Source: Felis catus (taxonomy: Eukaryota). Taken from it: a stretch of DNA of 64,000 nt. A program made the translations under genes and the position numbers. The stretch is taken from assembly GCF_018350175.1 (NCBI RefSeq), contig NC_058368.1, positions 3,100,001 through 3,164,000 of the forward strand, in the 5' to 3' direction. The notes beneath the pieces are model-generated. The model worked only from the letters and a program-made list of their open reading frames with translations, was not told the DNA's origin and did not search any database. Position 1 is the first letter of the stretch. Every line of letters begins with the position of its first letter. This document shows positions 1 to 12,860 of the stretch, piece by piece.

Positions 1-1253
1 ACGTGTCATGTTTGATTTGAAAGTAGGGTATTTTTCACGAATAACGGCCCCCAACTTACCGACGCATTCTTTGGATTTATCAAGTGAAATAGCAGTGTCT
101 CAAGTAATCTGCCAGTGCCTTCAGTGAGTATGAGCTTAATACATTTCTCATATTAAGAAGTCAGCACAAACTGTCAGCTGCCAAAGGAATGAATGAACCT
201 TTGCCAAATGAATGCAGTGAAATATGACTTCGTTGGTGATGCTATACTGTGATTCCGTCAGAAGCTTCTCTTATGAAGCATCACTCATCATGGTGCTTTC
301 CTTGATTGTTACAAAGTATGCTGCCCATTACCCTTTGCCGTAGCCAACGGAAGGAGTCTGAGAAAAGATGTCTCATAAGCGATTCAAACGGATTGTTTCT
401 CATACAGCCCTGGTCTTATTGCCATTTTAAGGTGGGGCTTTATCAGTGAAATGAAACAACTTTCTGGATCCTCTGACAAACAAATAATAAGGTAGGAGTT
501 TCTTCCTTTAAAAATCAAGCTGCGGCATTGAAAGTAGTGATGGTGTTCAGATCGATGCACGATACATTCACGAATGTGTCATCGTGTTCCCATGCTTTAA
601 TCGGAGAGACTAGCAGACTAGCAGCTGTTGACCTAGAAACGGTGCATCGATGCTCGTGACCGTTGTCTGTATGAGTTTCCTTATCTTTGTAAGTCGGGTC
701 CTATTGGGTTTCAAGGCCTGCTGCCTTTAATAGGGCGCTCAGAGCCATGGCACGTGAAGGAGCGCTTCACTCTGGTTTTGCTCATAAACAGGCGTTCGGG
801 ATGGAGTCGCACCCAAACTGATACACGCAACTCAAATAAGGAAAAGAATAAAACCTATGGCAGTTACAAGAAGTCAGTAATGTGTTTCAAGAAGTATTTA
901 GCTCGTTAAATGATTGCGTAAGAAAAAGTTGCTTTCGCTGTGAAGTCTGAATTATCTTTAGATGAATAATAGCAGGACGTTATGTCTATTTTTTCATTAG
1001 TATAGTGTCTGTGTTCATCCAGGCAGAATGAAGTAAAGCATTGATTTTTTTTATCTGTAAAATTCAAGTCCATAACTTATCTTTACCTAAATATTGCAGG
1101 AGAAAAACTCGGGCGGATATGAATAGGGTCTAGATGATCTGCAGAATTGATCTGGCTCTCACTTCATTATTTTGTTTTTACATAAAAATATGTCAGCACA
1201 TGACTCAGCAAAATAAAAAAAGAAGACATTATTGTTTAACAGGCCTCCATATT

Positions 1254-1475
1254 TTTTTTTTAATTTTTTTTTCAACGTTTATTTATTTTTGGGACAGAGA
1301 GAGACAGAGCATGAACGGGGGAGGGGCAGAGAGAGAGGGAGACACAGAATCAGAAACAGGCTCCAGGCTCTGAGCTGTCAGCACAGAGACTGCCGCGGGG
1401 CTTGAACTCACGGACCCCGAGATCGTGACCTGGCTGAAGTCGGACGCTTAACCGACTGCGCCACCCAGGCGCCCC
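1254..1475 (-). mobile_element. CAN-SINE (SINEC_Fc-like), young
   Basis: tRNA-derived head, (CT)n linker and A-tail on the minus strand; perfect 17-bp TSD taacaggcctccatatt at 1237-1253 and 1476-1492. Confidence 0.97.
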
Positions 1476-2102
1476 TAACAGGCCTCCATATTAATGTCAA
1501 TTGTCATCAGTTGGACCTAGTTGAGGTAACCCTACTTATATGATCTAGACTCTGATTTGTATAGTCCCTATAGTTCTAAAATTGTAGAGTTTATTGCTCT
1601 ATTTTCTGTAAATTTAACTATAAGTAATGTATTTACAGATAATTTTTACTGTTTATCCCCCCGGTTGTAATCATGCATACGCTAGTCCTTTTCGTCCCAT
1701 GCGTACTTAATTATAAAAATAAAGTTCGTCAACAGTTATCTAATAATATATATCTGACAATCCCCTGGTTGCAGTAAATTTCACACATACTGACAGTACT
1801 TTGAGAAAACCAATTTATAGCCCCACTCCCTTCCCAGCAGAATGTTCTTTCTATCTCAGTAATGTCCAGCAGATGAGATTAAGACATGGCGAGCGTTAAG
1901 TGGGGGTATAAAGAAAATTGGCCTGAAACAGCTCAAATTCACAATAGTCCATGCCAGGCATGGCATTTCATTTATCAGGCATCTTAATAAATGCTTCCAT
2001 CATAATTCTCTTCAAAGTAGTCGTGGCACAGCTTGGATTTCTTCCTTCTGATGGTCTTGATAACTAACTCTGCAAGCACAAATTTAGATAGCAGCAGATT
2101 AC

Positions 2103-2276
2103 CTGGAGAATTTGTCCAACTTGCTCACTCTACGTATCAGGCCAGGACCTGGATTGAGAGCCAGAAGAACATTTACTCCGGAATAGTGGATTAGCTGTTT
2201 CTCTAATGTCTTTAACAAAAGAAATTTTGTTTGAGGCCTTGATTGGCTTGAGGCCTTTCTTAACCTTAAATGGTAC
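2103..2276 (-). other. Candidate internal exon (unassigned)
   Basis: Minus strand reads cttcccttcag|gtacc...ctccag|gtaatc; 174 nt, open phase 2-2 frame; peptide not recognised. Confidence 0.2.
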
Positions 2277-2534
2277 CTGAAGGGAAGCTCTAGACACGAG
2301 AGGGGATTAGGAAGAGGATTTTGGATTCTGGTGGCAGCACTTACTGAGTGCTTACTTTGGGTGCCAGGTGCATTGGCAGGTGCTCTGTCTTCAAAGGAAA
2401 GTACGAGGAGTAGTGGTCCTTTCTCCTCAGAGAAAAATGTGTGTGGGGGGCTCTTAGCCTGGAAACTAGTGAATTTGAGTACATCCAACACAGGGATTCC
2501 TGACTAATAGGAGAAGAGAAGTAGGTAAGGCATT

Positions 2535-3102
2535 GACTGGTCTGTTCCGGTGCTATAATAAAATTCCACAGACTGGGTAGCGCATAAACGATAGAAAAGT
2601 ATTTCCTGCAGTTCTGGAGGCTAAGTCCAAGATCGAGACACCGTTATGGTCACATTCTTTTATTTTTAATTACTTTTTTATGTTTATTTATTTTAAAGAG
2701 AGAGAAAGAATGAGCAGGGGAGGGGTAGAGTGAGAAGGAGACACAGAATCGGAAGCAGGCTCCAGGCTCTGAGCTGTCAATGCAGAGTTCGTCGTGGGGC
2801 TCGAACTCAGAACCACGAGATCATGACCTGAGTTGAAGTCGGACTCTTAACCGATTGAGCCACCCAGGTGCCCCAATGATGGCCATATTCTTGTGAGACC
2901 TTCCTTCCTGGTTCATACCTAGCACCTTCTCTCCATGTCTTCACATGGCAGAAGGGGCAAGGGATCCCTCTGGAGCACGAACACCGTTTCATGAGGACTC
3001 CACTCTTATGACCTAAGCACCTCCCAGAGGCTCCAACTCCTGACACCATCATCTTTGGATGAATTTGAGATGGAGGGGAGTCATAAACATTCAAACCATA
3101 GC
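2535..3102 (-). mobile_element. MaLR LTR (MLT1A-like), interrupted by a SINE
   Basis: Typical MLT1A motifs: cagttctggaggctaagtccaagatc, cttcacatggcagaagggg, end acattcaaaccatagca. Confidence 0.85.
2661..2874 (-). mobile_element. CAN-SINE inside the MLT1A LTR
   Basis: Full SINE body; degenerate TSD atggtcacattctt / atggccatattctt. Confidence 0.95.
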
Positions 3103-3590
3103 AATCAGCAATCACGTGTGCATACGTAAGACCAAGATTTGTTTGAGGGCATACAAAATGGTATGGGATTTATTTGAATTTATGAGGAAGATAAAGAGAG
3201 GTTTCCTATCGAAGCGAATTTTTCTTTAAATGCCTGTGCTGCAAATTCTCATACATTTTTTTTTCACTCCTTGTGCCAGTAGTCTACTGGTTTTTTCACT
3301 TTATCCACCAGAGACTAGGGGAATAACATGTGAGGATCAATCTGTCCTTGGGAGCTGACCTAAATGATGATAATTCTCTGGGGAGAATACAGCTAACCAC
3401 GAAACCTGAACAAATTTTATTTATTGTAGAGCCAAGATGTTGACACCCTGACTACATCCAGATTACAGTCAGAGAAAATAACAGTAGATCATGACAATGA
3501 CAAAAAGTAGCATAAAACGTGAGGCAAAGTATTGAAAATGCTGTTATGCAGCCTTTAGTAACTATATTAAATCTTTCCCTTCTTTCTAAT

Positions 3591-3785
3591 ATTTTTAATA
3601 TTTATTTATTTTTGAGAGACAGACAGATCGGGAGTGGGGGAGAGGCAGAGAGAGAGAGACAGAGACACAGAATTCTAAGCAGGCTCCAAGCACAGAGTCC
3701 AATGCGGGGCTCTAACCCACAAATCACGAGATCACCACCTGAGCAGAAGTCTGACGCCTGACCTGCGGAGGCACCCAGGGGCCCC
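3591..3785 (-). mobile_element. CAN-SINE (diverged)
   Basis: SINE body; TSD-like tctttctaat / tctttccaat. Confidence 0.92.
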
Positions 3786-4575
3786 TCTTTCCAATTTAAA
3801 CCTAATGTCACTACTAATATTAGGCTCTACCCCCACAACTCCATTAGAACATTCTACCTAGGTTTCACTCCTTGATTCTGCAGATAATCCTCCCTAGATC
3901 ACTGAGATGAAGTTATACACAAAAAAAAGTGAAACAATTCAACTTCCTTCTTTCCTTCTTACAACTCTTACTGCTCAGCAAACCTTCTCAGTCTCTATGT
4001 TTCTTCTCCAAACCAGTCTTTCCTCAGGGCCCTTTGTCCCCAATTCTTTTGTTTCATTATTGCATACCTGAAATTTATGCCTTCTTCACTAATTTTTTTC
4101 CCTCCAACTAAGCATATGGTCAAACAGCCTATTCTTAGAGAAACTCTTCCTTGGGCTTGAGTCATACTCTAATTATTGCCTCCTTCCTTTTCTTTCTCAT
4201 CCAGGGCCATTCATTTATTCAGCAGAAGTTATTAAGCACCTATTAGGTGCTAGGTGCCATGCTAAGCTTTTTAAATCTCTAATAAAAATAAACTTTTTCA
4301 GATTAAAAAAAAGCACATATGTTTTAAGTTAGGGAAATACAGAAATGAATAAAGAATAAAATCAAAATCACAAGTAATCCCACTCACAGACTGAACATGG
4401 AACTCTAATACTTCGTATAGAGCCAACCATTTATATATAGCTGCAGATTGATAATGATGTACTTCAGATATAGAAATAGAATAATATGGAGCGTGATTTA
4501 GATTTGTAGATACTGCCTTTTTATAAAAGCTTTCTATAATGGGATTTTTTTCTTCATGATCTGCAATAGTCTTTG

Positions 4576-4804
4576 TGTTTTTAAAAATTGTTTCTTAATG
4601 TTTGTTTATTTTTGAGAGAGGGAGAGACAGAGTGCAAGCTGGGGAGGGGCAGAGAGAGAGAGGGAGACACAGAATCCGAAGCAGGCTCCAGGCTCCGAGC
4701 CGTCAGCACAGAGCCCGACGCGGGGCTCGAGCTCATGAACCGTGAGATCATGACCTGAGCCCAAGTCAGAAGCTCAACCGACTTGGGCCCCCACCAGGCG
4801 CCCC
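4576..4804 (-). mobile_element. CAN-SINE
   Basis: SINE body ending ccaccaggcgcccc; TSD-like tgcaatagtctttg / tgcaatggtctttg. Confidence 0.95.
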
Positions 4805-4899
4805 CAGAGGAAATAATGCAATGGTCTTTGAATGCCCAATTTGTGATCGTGACGCAGTGTCCCATGTGACCTGGATAACTAGCCAATGACCAAAGATTC

Positions 4900-5500
4900 A
4901 TACCCTTATTCCATTCCGTAAAGTTAGTCTGGGATGTGCAGCCAAGATTATGTTTCATAGTCCACCTTCGTTAAGGGAGAACCATGTGGCTAGCTCTTAT
5001 TAACAATGGTATGTGTTATTTCTGGGCCATGTAAAGATGCTGTTTCTTCTCCAAGCTCTATGACCTCCCTCATGTGTTGGCTGGACATCAATGACCAAAG
5101 TCGCTTTAGAAGCTACGCATTGCAGATTGCCAGAACCTCTACCAAACTAGGGCCATAAATAACCACGCAGAGTGGATCACCTCCTACCTCCTCCTACTGG
5201 CCGCTAAATTTCACATAATGAGAAATACAATTTTACAAGAGTAAGCCAGTGAGATATGGGGTTTATCTCTTATGCTAATGAGTATTACTGTGATACAGAA
5301 ACTAGTACCTTGAAGTCGAGGCTGCCGTAATGAAAATCTGAAAATATGTGACATTCCTTTAAAGGCGAGGCAGGGGATAGTAAAAAAACCTAACACTGAT
5401 GGTTGGGAAGATGGAGATCCAAGTTACGTGTGACAAGCCATTTGGTTACATTATTTGCAAGAATGTTTAAGGACAATCAGTTTGCCTGTAGCTCTAAGAG
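4900..5500 (+). mobile_element. Old MaLR LTR (MLT1I/J-like) plus start of internal region
   Basis: atgagaaatac...taagccagtgagatatggggtttat LTR end, followed by the MLT1-int-like start gatacagaaactagtacc. Confidence 0.55.
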
Positions 5501-5550
5501 CAGAGGTTAAAAACTAGAATATCGGTGAGATACGTGGGTTGAATTCAGAT

Positions 5551-5985
5551 TGTGTTAGCTTCCTAGGGCTGCCGGAGACTGAGCGCTTAAAAAAGCAGAA
5601 ATGTATTCTTTTGCGGTTAAGCTTGGCAGTCCAAAATCAAGGTGTTCCCAGGGCCATGTTCCCTCCAAGGCTCTAGGAGAGAATCTCCTACGCCTCTTCC
5701 CGGCTTCTGGTGTTTGTCAACACTCCTTCACCTTCTTTGGTTTCTAGCTGTGTCACTCCACTTTCTGTCTGCTTCTCCACGTGGCCGTCTTCCCCACGTG
5801 CATGTGTCTGTGTCTCCGAACCACTCTTCGTGAACATTCCAGTCGTCGGACATGGGGCCACCGTCATCCAGTGTTCTCTTCGTCTGAACCCAGCTACCTC
5901 TGCCAACACCCTGGCCGCAAATAAAGTCACGTGCACAGGTACCAGAGGCTTGTGCTTCGACATATCTCTTATTTGTAGGCAAAAG
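5551..5985 (-). mobile_element. MaLR LTR (MLT1B/C-like)
   Basis: tgtgttagcttcctagggctgcc...gtccaaaatcaaggtgtt...agggccatgttccctccaaggctctagg. Confidence 0.85.
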
Positions 5986-6424
5986 CGAAGGGGGATAAAA
6001 ATAGTCTAGATGCCTGCAGTCCTACACGTTAGAAGAGGAAGATTTTGCTCCCTCAGGTGATTTGGAAAAGCAAGACCTGTCAGAATACCTACTACCTTTA
6101 ATATACGGTCACCACGATGGGGAGAACAGATTGTACATGTAAGAACAGAGATGCCCACTGATGTGTGTCCAGAAAGATGGGCTGTGGCAGAGATGGCTAA
6201 TTGCCCCCAGGGCAAAAAATTCCCCTTTCATTTTTGCCTACGAGCAAGATGAGTTTTGTCTGAACTCCTATAATTTTTCAATGTCCATTTTGTGGGTTCA
6301 GCAGATGACAAACCACCCAACCAGCGTCCCTTTTCATAAAACAAAACTGTGGCTGGGAAGGAATCCAGCTGCAGGAAGGGAAGGGATGTATTTTACTTCT
6401 ACTTGGTCAACGAGGGGTTAGGCT

Positions 6425-6450
6425 CTCTTCTTTCTTTCTTTTTCTTTCCT

Positions 6451-6486
<36 letters not shown>

Positions 6487-6622
6487 TCAATATTTATTTA
6501 TTTTTTTATTATTTAAAAAATTGTTTTTAATGTTTGTTTCTGAGACAGAGAGAGACAGAGCATGAGTCGGGGAGGGGCAGAGAGAGAGGGAGACACAGAA
6601 TCCGAAGCGGGCTCCAGGCTCT
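6425..6622 (-). mobile_element. 5'-truncated CAN-SINE with (TTTC)n-expanded tail
   Basis: Only the 3' half of the SINE (to ctccaggctct), adjacent to a (TTTC)n tract. Confidence 0.9.
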
Positions 6623-7099
6623 TTAGGACGACTTTGGGTTTAACATTTCAAAAAGAGTAAAAGCCTCTCTCAGCCTGGATCCCTTCATAACTGGATGGGG
6701 GAAGAAATGTACTTTGTTAAGCAGCTGATATTTCAGAGTTTATAATGGCAATAGAAACCTTTTACCGTAACCTCCACATGAGACGTCTCTTAATTTACCT
6801 GAAATATCCTCAATGCTTAGGCCTTTTAGGTGTTTTTACGTTTACCAAGGTTAACATCATGTTTATCTGTGATGTTTTTGTATTTAACCCTGCTTGTTTC
6901 TTTAGGATACGTTCCTAAAGGTGAAATTTGGGGGTTTATGAGAGGTTGTCGATATCCGTTGCTCTCCAGAAAGAATATTTCAGCTTATTATTTCTGTCAT
7001 AACTGTGCAATAGGACCCTATTTGTACAACGACTTTACAAAAATTTGCCAAATTGATGGAAGAAAAAACACATCATGTCTCGACTAAACTTTTGAAGTG

Positions 7100-8725
7100 C
7101 AGCCTGGATGTGATTTCATCACTGTGTCAGCTCCCCTTCGCCTTCCAGACCTATTCCAATACAGCTTCCACCCCATTAAGCAAATGAAAATGCACTTCTT
7201 TGATAGTCTCCAATGACTGCCTAGTTATCGAATCAAATGGGCGTATTTAACTCCTTGTCTTTAACTGTTTGCGGCACTTTGACAAAATGGAACAGATGCT
7301 TTTTCTCCCTTGTCCCTCCTCTTTTTTTGTTTTGTTTGTTGGTTTTCCTTGGCTCCTGGTTTTGTCATTTCATGATGACGATGATTTCTGTGATGATGAT
7401 GCCAGTGGTAACGATGATGAGTGAATACCTGTGCCTGTTCATTCTAAGTTCCTTGTCTGGATCTTTCTTTGCCTAGACTGTGCACGTTGGAGTTGTTTGG
7501 TATTCTCTTCTTGTTCTTTGACTTCATATTTTCTCTCTCCGCCCATATTTCCAAATCTGCTTCCTACATGCTAATGGCGTTCATATCTCTGTGGTTAACT
7601 GGAACCGTCGTCACCCTGTAGCAGGCTGCCGCTGAATATTCCCCATCTGGATGTCCCATTGGGACTCCAAGCTAAACAGAACCGAATTCACGATCTCTTC
7701 CTCCTCCACATCTATGCCCTTTTTTTTTTTAATTTTTTTTAACATTTATTTATTTTTGAGACAGAGACAGAGTATGAACGGAGGAGGGTCCAAGAGAGAG
7801 GGAGACACAGAATCTGAAACGGGTTCCAGGCTCCAAGCTGTCAGCACAGAGCCTGACGTGGGGCTCGAACTCACGGACCGCGAGATCATGACCTGAGCCG
7901 AAGTCTGACACTTAACCGACTGAGCCACCCAGGCGCCCCTCTGTGCCCTTTTTTATTTCTTGTGTAACTTGCCTGACACATTGTTCAGGCATTCCCTTGA
8001 ACTTGTGGCGTCATCCGATCTTAAATATTCACATTCAAGTTCCAATGAGTTTCCAGTATTCATTCACATGATGTGACCCAAGATTAGGTAGTCATCACTT
8101 AGAACATAAACTTCCTTTTGGGTTTCCGCTTCTTTGGGTTCTCCACGTTGTCCCATGACATGTAACCATTCTCTGATTAGCTAGTAATGATCCTTCTAAA
8201 CCGTAGCGTGATAATGTCATTGCCCGTCTTAATAAAGTTCTGTTCTCTACCATTAGCATACAAGATAACGCCCCACATTTTTAGCCAACACAAGGTCCTA
8301 TCTAGTTTTATAGCTTCTTCTCCACAATCCATAGCACACACTGTCCAGGAACATAAAGTTACTAAGTGTTCCCTGTTCGTGTGATGTTTCATAATATTGC
8401 ATACGTTTTTTTTTTCCCCTTTGGATATAAGTCCATTATCATCACTATTATTATTTATTATGCTTTGCAAACAGACTTATTCAACAACTCACTCACTAGT
8501 CAGTTGCACTGTGACGTCTTGTGAGACGCGGAACTTCCGTCTATATGACTTCTGTATCTGTGCATAAGATGCTTCTATTATTGCTTTCATAACACTGTAT
8601 TATTATTATTTCTTTAAACCTGCTTGTCGTTTTGCATCTCCCACTAGGCTCTGAGCAAAGAACTTGTGTCCGAAATACATAGCACGGTTCTGGAATATAG
8701 TCAGCATGCGCTGACTATTTGTTGA
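7100..8725 (+). mobile_element. Degraded L2 LINE fragments
   Basis: L2-like motifs, including the 3' end tagcacggttctggaatatagtcagcatgcgctgactatttgttgaa. Confidence 0.6.
7724..7939 (-). mobile_element. CAN-SINE
   Basis: Full body; TSD tctatgccctttt / tctgtgccctttt. Confidence 0.97.
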
Positions 8726-8989
8726 AATAGCAAAAGCTAACTCAAGAAAGATGAAATGACCAATACTCTGATACATAAAACTTTCTTCCCATTAGAGTTC
8801 TCACAAAGTTTTGTGAATCTGTTTTTTCCTAGTTCCTGAACCAGAATAATCTATTAGGAAACGCATGGGTAAAGAGAAAGTGGAAACAGTTCTGTCAATT
8901 TTACTGTCATTTAATCAGTGTAATCTCTCCCTTCAGGTACCGTGGGAGGTAAAGAGAATATAATGATGAGCATCACACAGCTGACCAAC

Positions 8990-9140
8990 AAGACAGTATT
9001 TATAGAAGAAAGTGAGTCACAGAGAGGGTTTTTTTTTTTTTTTAATTGCCTCAATCCTCTCTCTGGTGAGTGATTTTCCCAGGATTAGAACCCAAGCAGT
9101 CAGATTCTAGAGCTTTGCTCTTAACTGCTGCACTACCCTG
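8990..9140 (-). mobile_element. MIR fragment
   Basis: ggattagaacccaagcagtcagattctagagctttgctcttaac resembles the MIR core. Confidence 0.65.
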
Positions 9141-9319
9141 CCACTGTATGGGGGGGAAAATATGGTGGGAATTGTACTTAGAAGGCTGTCAGAAGTCCAA
9201 AGTAGAAATTGGGATTGGAAACGAGACAGCGGCAGCAAAGGGGAACAGATCGGGGAGATCTCTTGGGGCCATGATTGAAAGAAGACGGCAACTGATATTG
9301 AGGGTCTGCTTGTTCTAGT

Positions 9320-9516
9320 GAAGAAAAACCCCGGTGTAGAACTGAGGGTGACATCAGGCCACCAGCCTGCAAGGGCGGGAATTCTGCCTACAGTCACCGA
9401 GACGGCTTTGAAACAGATTCTGCCTCAGCTGAACCCTGAGGTGACAGTGGCCGTGAGGTGAGAAATGTCTGTTGTTTGGGCTATTGATTTATTACCCGGT
9501 AGTGAATAACTAATAC
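9320..9516 (+). mobile_element. MLT1 LTR 3' fragment
   Basis: acagattctgcctcagctgaacc...gtgagaaatgtctgttgttt...aataactaataca. Confidence 0.55.
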
Positions 9517-9719
9517 AGGGAATAAGAGAACGACAAACATTTTATGCCAGCGTTTCTAAATTGGAGCCCTTGAAATTTGTGACTCTTGATGAGGGACATT
9601 CTTAGCGACAATATAGGTGTGCTATCATAAGTGTATTCAAGTATATTTCAACTTTTTTGGCATATTGGATGTGCTGATGAGATTTTTCTTAAATATGCTT
9701 TTTCAACCCTGGTATATTT

Positions 9720-10080
9720 ACCTATATGGGAATTAGAATTGCATATGTAAATCATCAAGGAATGATGTGCATTTTGATGAAGCATAGAGTAATTAGAATA
9801 CGTGATTAAATTAAACCTCAATTATCAGTACGTAGCTCTAAAAAAATCAAAGCAATGTCCCTTGACCTTACCGTGTATTAACATTTCCTGTGCATCACAG
9901 ATGCCCCCAATTCCTTGAGAAACGCACACCATTGGCTCTTCCGATGAATATTTATGTCACAATTTTACACGCACAACATGGCGAATGGCTGCCGTTCCCA
10001 GTACACTAGCTAATTGTGTCTGTATGCGACTTAATTTAAGTAGCTGTCTTGTTTAATTCATTACCTTAATACTTTCACCT
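9720..10080. promoter_or_regulatory. Homeodomain-motif-rich candidate enhancer
   Basis: Non-repetitive; dense TAAT/ATTA cores (taatta, tgattaaattaa, ctaattg, ttaatttaa, tttaattcatta). Confidence 0.3.
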
Positions 10081-11174
10081 CCCTCTCTATGTTTTAAATT
10101 ACCTCCAGGATGAAATAGAATGTTCTAATTCTAAGGGCAGAAAAACAGTACTTGTGCACAATTTTTCAGTCACAGTTCAATGATTTTGATAGCTGGTGTT
10201 ACATTTGCCTCATCTAGCAGAGTGGATAGAGATATTCTCGTAGCTCAGAGAGGATCACCGAGGTACTAAATACCACCCATAGGACAAAGACAGGCGTCAT
10301 TAACAAGGGCAAGGATCATGGCACATTTTATTGTGAGCTATGGCTGCATGATGAAGTTTGGTTTCCTGACAGACATAAATCACATTCACAGATTAAACTC
10401 ATTTTCTGTGGCCTAAAGGAGCTTTTCTAGATTCAGTCATTAAATTTTTAGTTTAATCATTTTCATATGTGGAAAAAATGATGTCTTCTACAGAGATGTA
10501 ATGGTTATCCCTACTCCGGAGAAATTTACTGCATTATATTGCTGGGGCTTAATAGAGATTTAGGTTTCATGTGGGGAATAGACTGGAGATAAAATTTAAT
10601 GGTGCATCGAACCACAAAGGTGGGTTGTCATCGTAAGTCATGTGAAAAAGCTGGGAGTGATGAGACTTGCTATCTTCTCCCTGAAAGAAAAATACAAAAA
10701 ACCCAATTTCAAATAATACCGTCTACCATAAATTTTTATTTCTATGTACTTTTGCCTGTCACCAAGTATCACAGGAGATCATTTCTTTCACTCTGAGACG
10801 TGTTGACTGTAGGTCTGTATTTAACACCAAAAGATGGCGACAGTCAAGCAGCGTCCTATCAACCTGGGATTCCAAAAGATGCTTTTCCCTCTTTGTACCT
10901 CACGATACAAGATATAAGCAGATGGGTTTAAATGATTGAGTGGGTTTTCCCTAAGATTTGATCCCCAGAATGAATCTCCAGACATCCTGAATGTCTCCAT
11001 AAACACGTATTCTTTTTTCCTCATTTTGGCCCCCAACTTTAACTAGCTTTTCTACACAGGGACTTTTGCTCTGTACCTTTTGTGTCTGTTTCCCGACCCC
11101 CCCCCACCCCCGCACAAAAACTGTTCAGTTCTGTGTTTCGTTTCTTGAGATACCTTCCAGGCAATTGCTCAGAA

Positions 11175-11373
11175 CAGGGCTATCAAATGGAACTTTCTGG
11201 GTGATAAAAATAGTCCGCATCTGTGCCGCCTGGTACTGTGGCCACTAGTCATGGGCAGCTTCTTGTCACCACTCGTGATGGGTGCAGCTCCAGAATGACG
11301 TTTTCCATCTCACTACATTTTAGTTAGTTAGAATGTAAATAGTTGCACAAGGCTACTGTATTGGATTGTGCAG
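11175..11373. mobile_element. MER3-like hAT-Charlie MITE
   Basis: Start cagggctatcaaatggaactttctgggtgataaaaat, internal gtggccactagtca, end ggctactgtattggattgtgcag. Confidence 0.8.
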
Positions 11374-11384
11374 TCTAGGTTTTG

Positions 11385-11628
11385 CATTTATTCTATTCTA
11401 TTCTATTCTATTCTATTCTATTCTATTCTATTTTTTATTTTATTTTATTTTATTTTATTTTATTTTATTTTATTTCATTTTATTTTGTTTTTTATTTTAT
11501 TTTATTTTATTTTTTATTTTATTCTATTTTATTTTATTTATTATTTTATTTTATTATTTTATTTTATTTTTTATTTTATTTTATTTTATTTTTTATTTTA
11601 TTTTATTTCATTATTTATTTTATTTTCT
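11385..11628. repeat. (TTCTA)n/(TTTTA)n pentanucleotide microsatellite
   Basis: Seen directly. Confidence 0.97.
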
Positions 11629-12439
11629 TTTCATCATCTTGAGGGCTTATTAGGTCCCAGGCACTGTGCAGTGTTCCTCAGCACAGATACTCTTTTATTT
11701 TTATAATTTGTATTTATTGCTGAACTCGAATTGGGTCCTGAGCCTTGTAGGAAGTGAGTTTTGACATCAGCGCGAACTGCAGATGACTTTTCTTGGAACT
11801 TCCGCGTGAAACACCAAGGCTCTCTGAGCACTATGCCCCTGGCAGCTGGGGTGTGGCAGCTATGACTTGTGTCCTTCACAACCAGATGTGGACAAGCTCT
11901 AGGTGCACAATCAGTGGAACTCGTACCCGCAACTCAGTGGAAAATATGTTACAAAAGGGACCACTCTGCCCCTCTTGTTTTGTCTTGTCCCAAGCTTCTT
12001 TTTGAGATTCTACACTCAAGAGGGGAAATTTTCTCCTAGTGGAATAAGAACCTGATATTGTAACATCAATGACATTTTTCACAGATACTCTGAAGTCCAA
12101 ATCCCAAATTCCTACATACAGAAAGACACTGTTGAAAGCAATTTACTTGCAAGTATTCAGGTATTGTAATAACAGCTACGTAAATTTTTCAGAACATTTC
12201 TGCCTCATTGGATTAAGATCAAATTTATTAAAATATGTCTGAACCAATTAAGTAAATTGTGATATAATGTAAAGTACAAAACACCCACCCATGATAATAA
12301 TTTCTATCAACATTTCACATCTGCAGTTAACTTGGAGCAGATGCTATAAGACGTGACCCATTGTTTTATATTTGCATGTGACAACATGTTTTGATGTTTG
12401 CCTTTTAATTATAACATCCTGCAATGCAGGTTTTTAAAA

Positions 12440-12860
12440 GTACATGTGTGGTAAGTGTCAAAGCCTCCATTAAAATTTTATTTCCAAAACCCTTTGTAGC
12501 ATTTCCAGTGATCCCATCTTTTTCCATACAGTTGACAGGGATCAACAGATTTGGGTGCTGAGAATGGGGTTGTGGATTCCATACCTTGGTTAATGGACAC
12601 ACGCACACATTTCCCTTGTGCCGTTTCCTGCAGACGAGATGATGAATCAAAATTGTCCATTTATTATTTTTTTTTGCGGAGGGAGCTTCTCTATAATTCA
12701 TAGGAGGCGGCCGGTGGCAGTCTAGCCTTTCAGTGATGCTCCTGTGATTGACAAATGACAAGAGGAACTCTGATCGACGCTCTAGCACAGCCGCCAGGAA
12801 GAGCAGGTGGGATGCTTGGGCGCATCTCTGACATTTCTGTTTCCACTGAGCACGGAGGTG
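12440..12860. promoter_or_regulatory. Candidate PBX/MEIS enhancer
   Basis: TGATTGACA at 12745-12753 followed by TGACAA; TGATGAAT at 12640; TGACAG at about 12533. Confidence 0.35.

Noticed and set aside
1134..1373. Recurrent peptide MNGGGAEREGDTESETGSRL in several ORFs
   Set aside because: Antisense translation of CAN-SINEs, not a gene family
11366..11706. Hydrophobic FYFIL ORFs resembling membrane proteins
   Set aside because: Translation of the (TTTTA)n microsatellite
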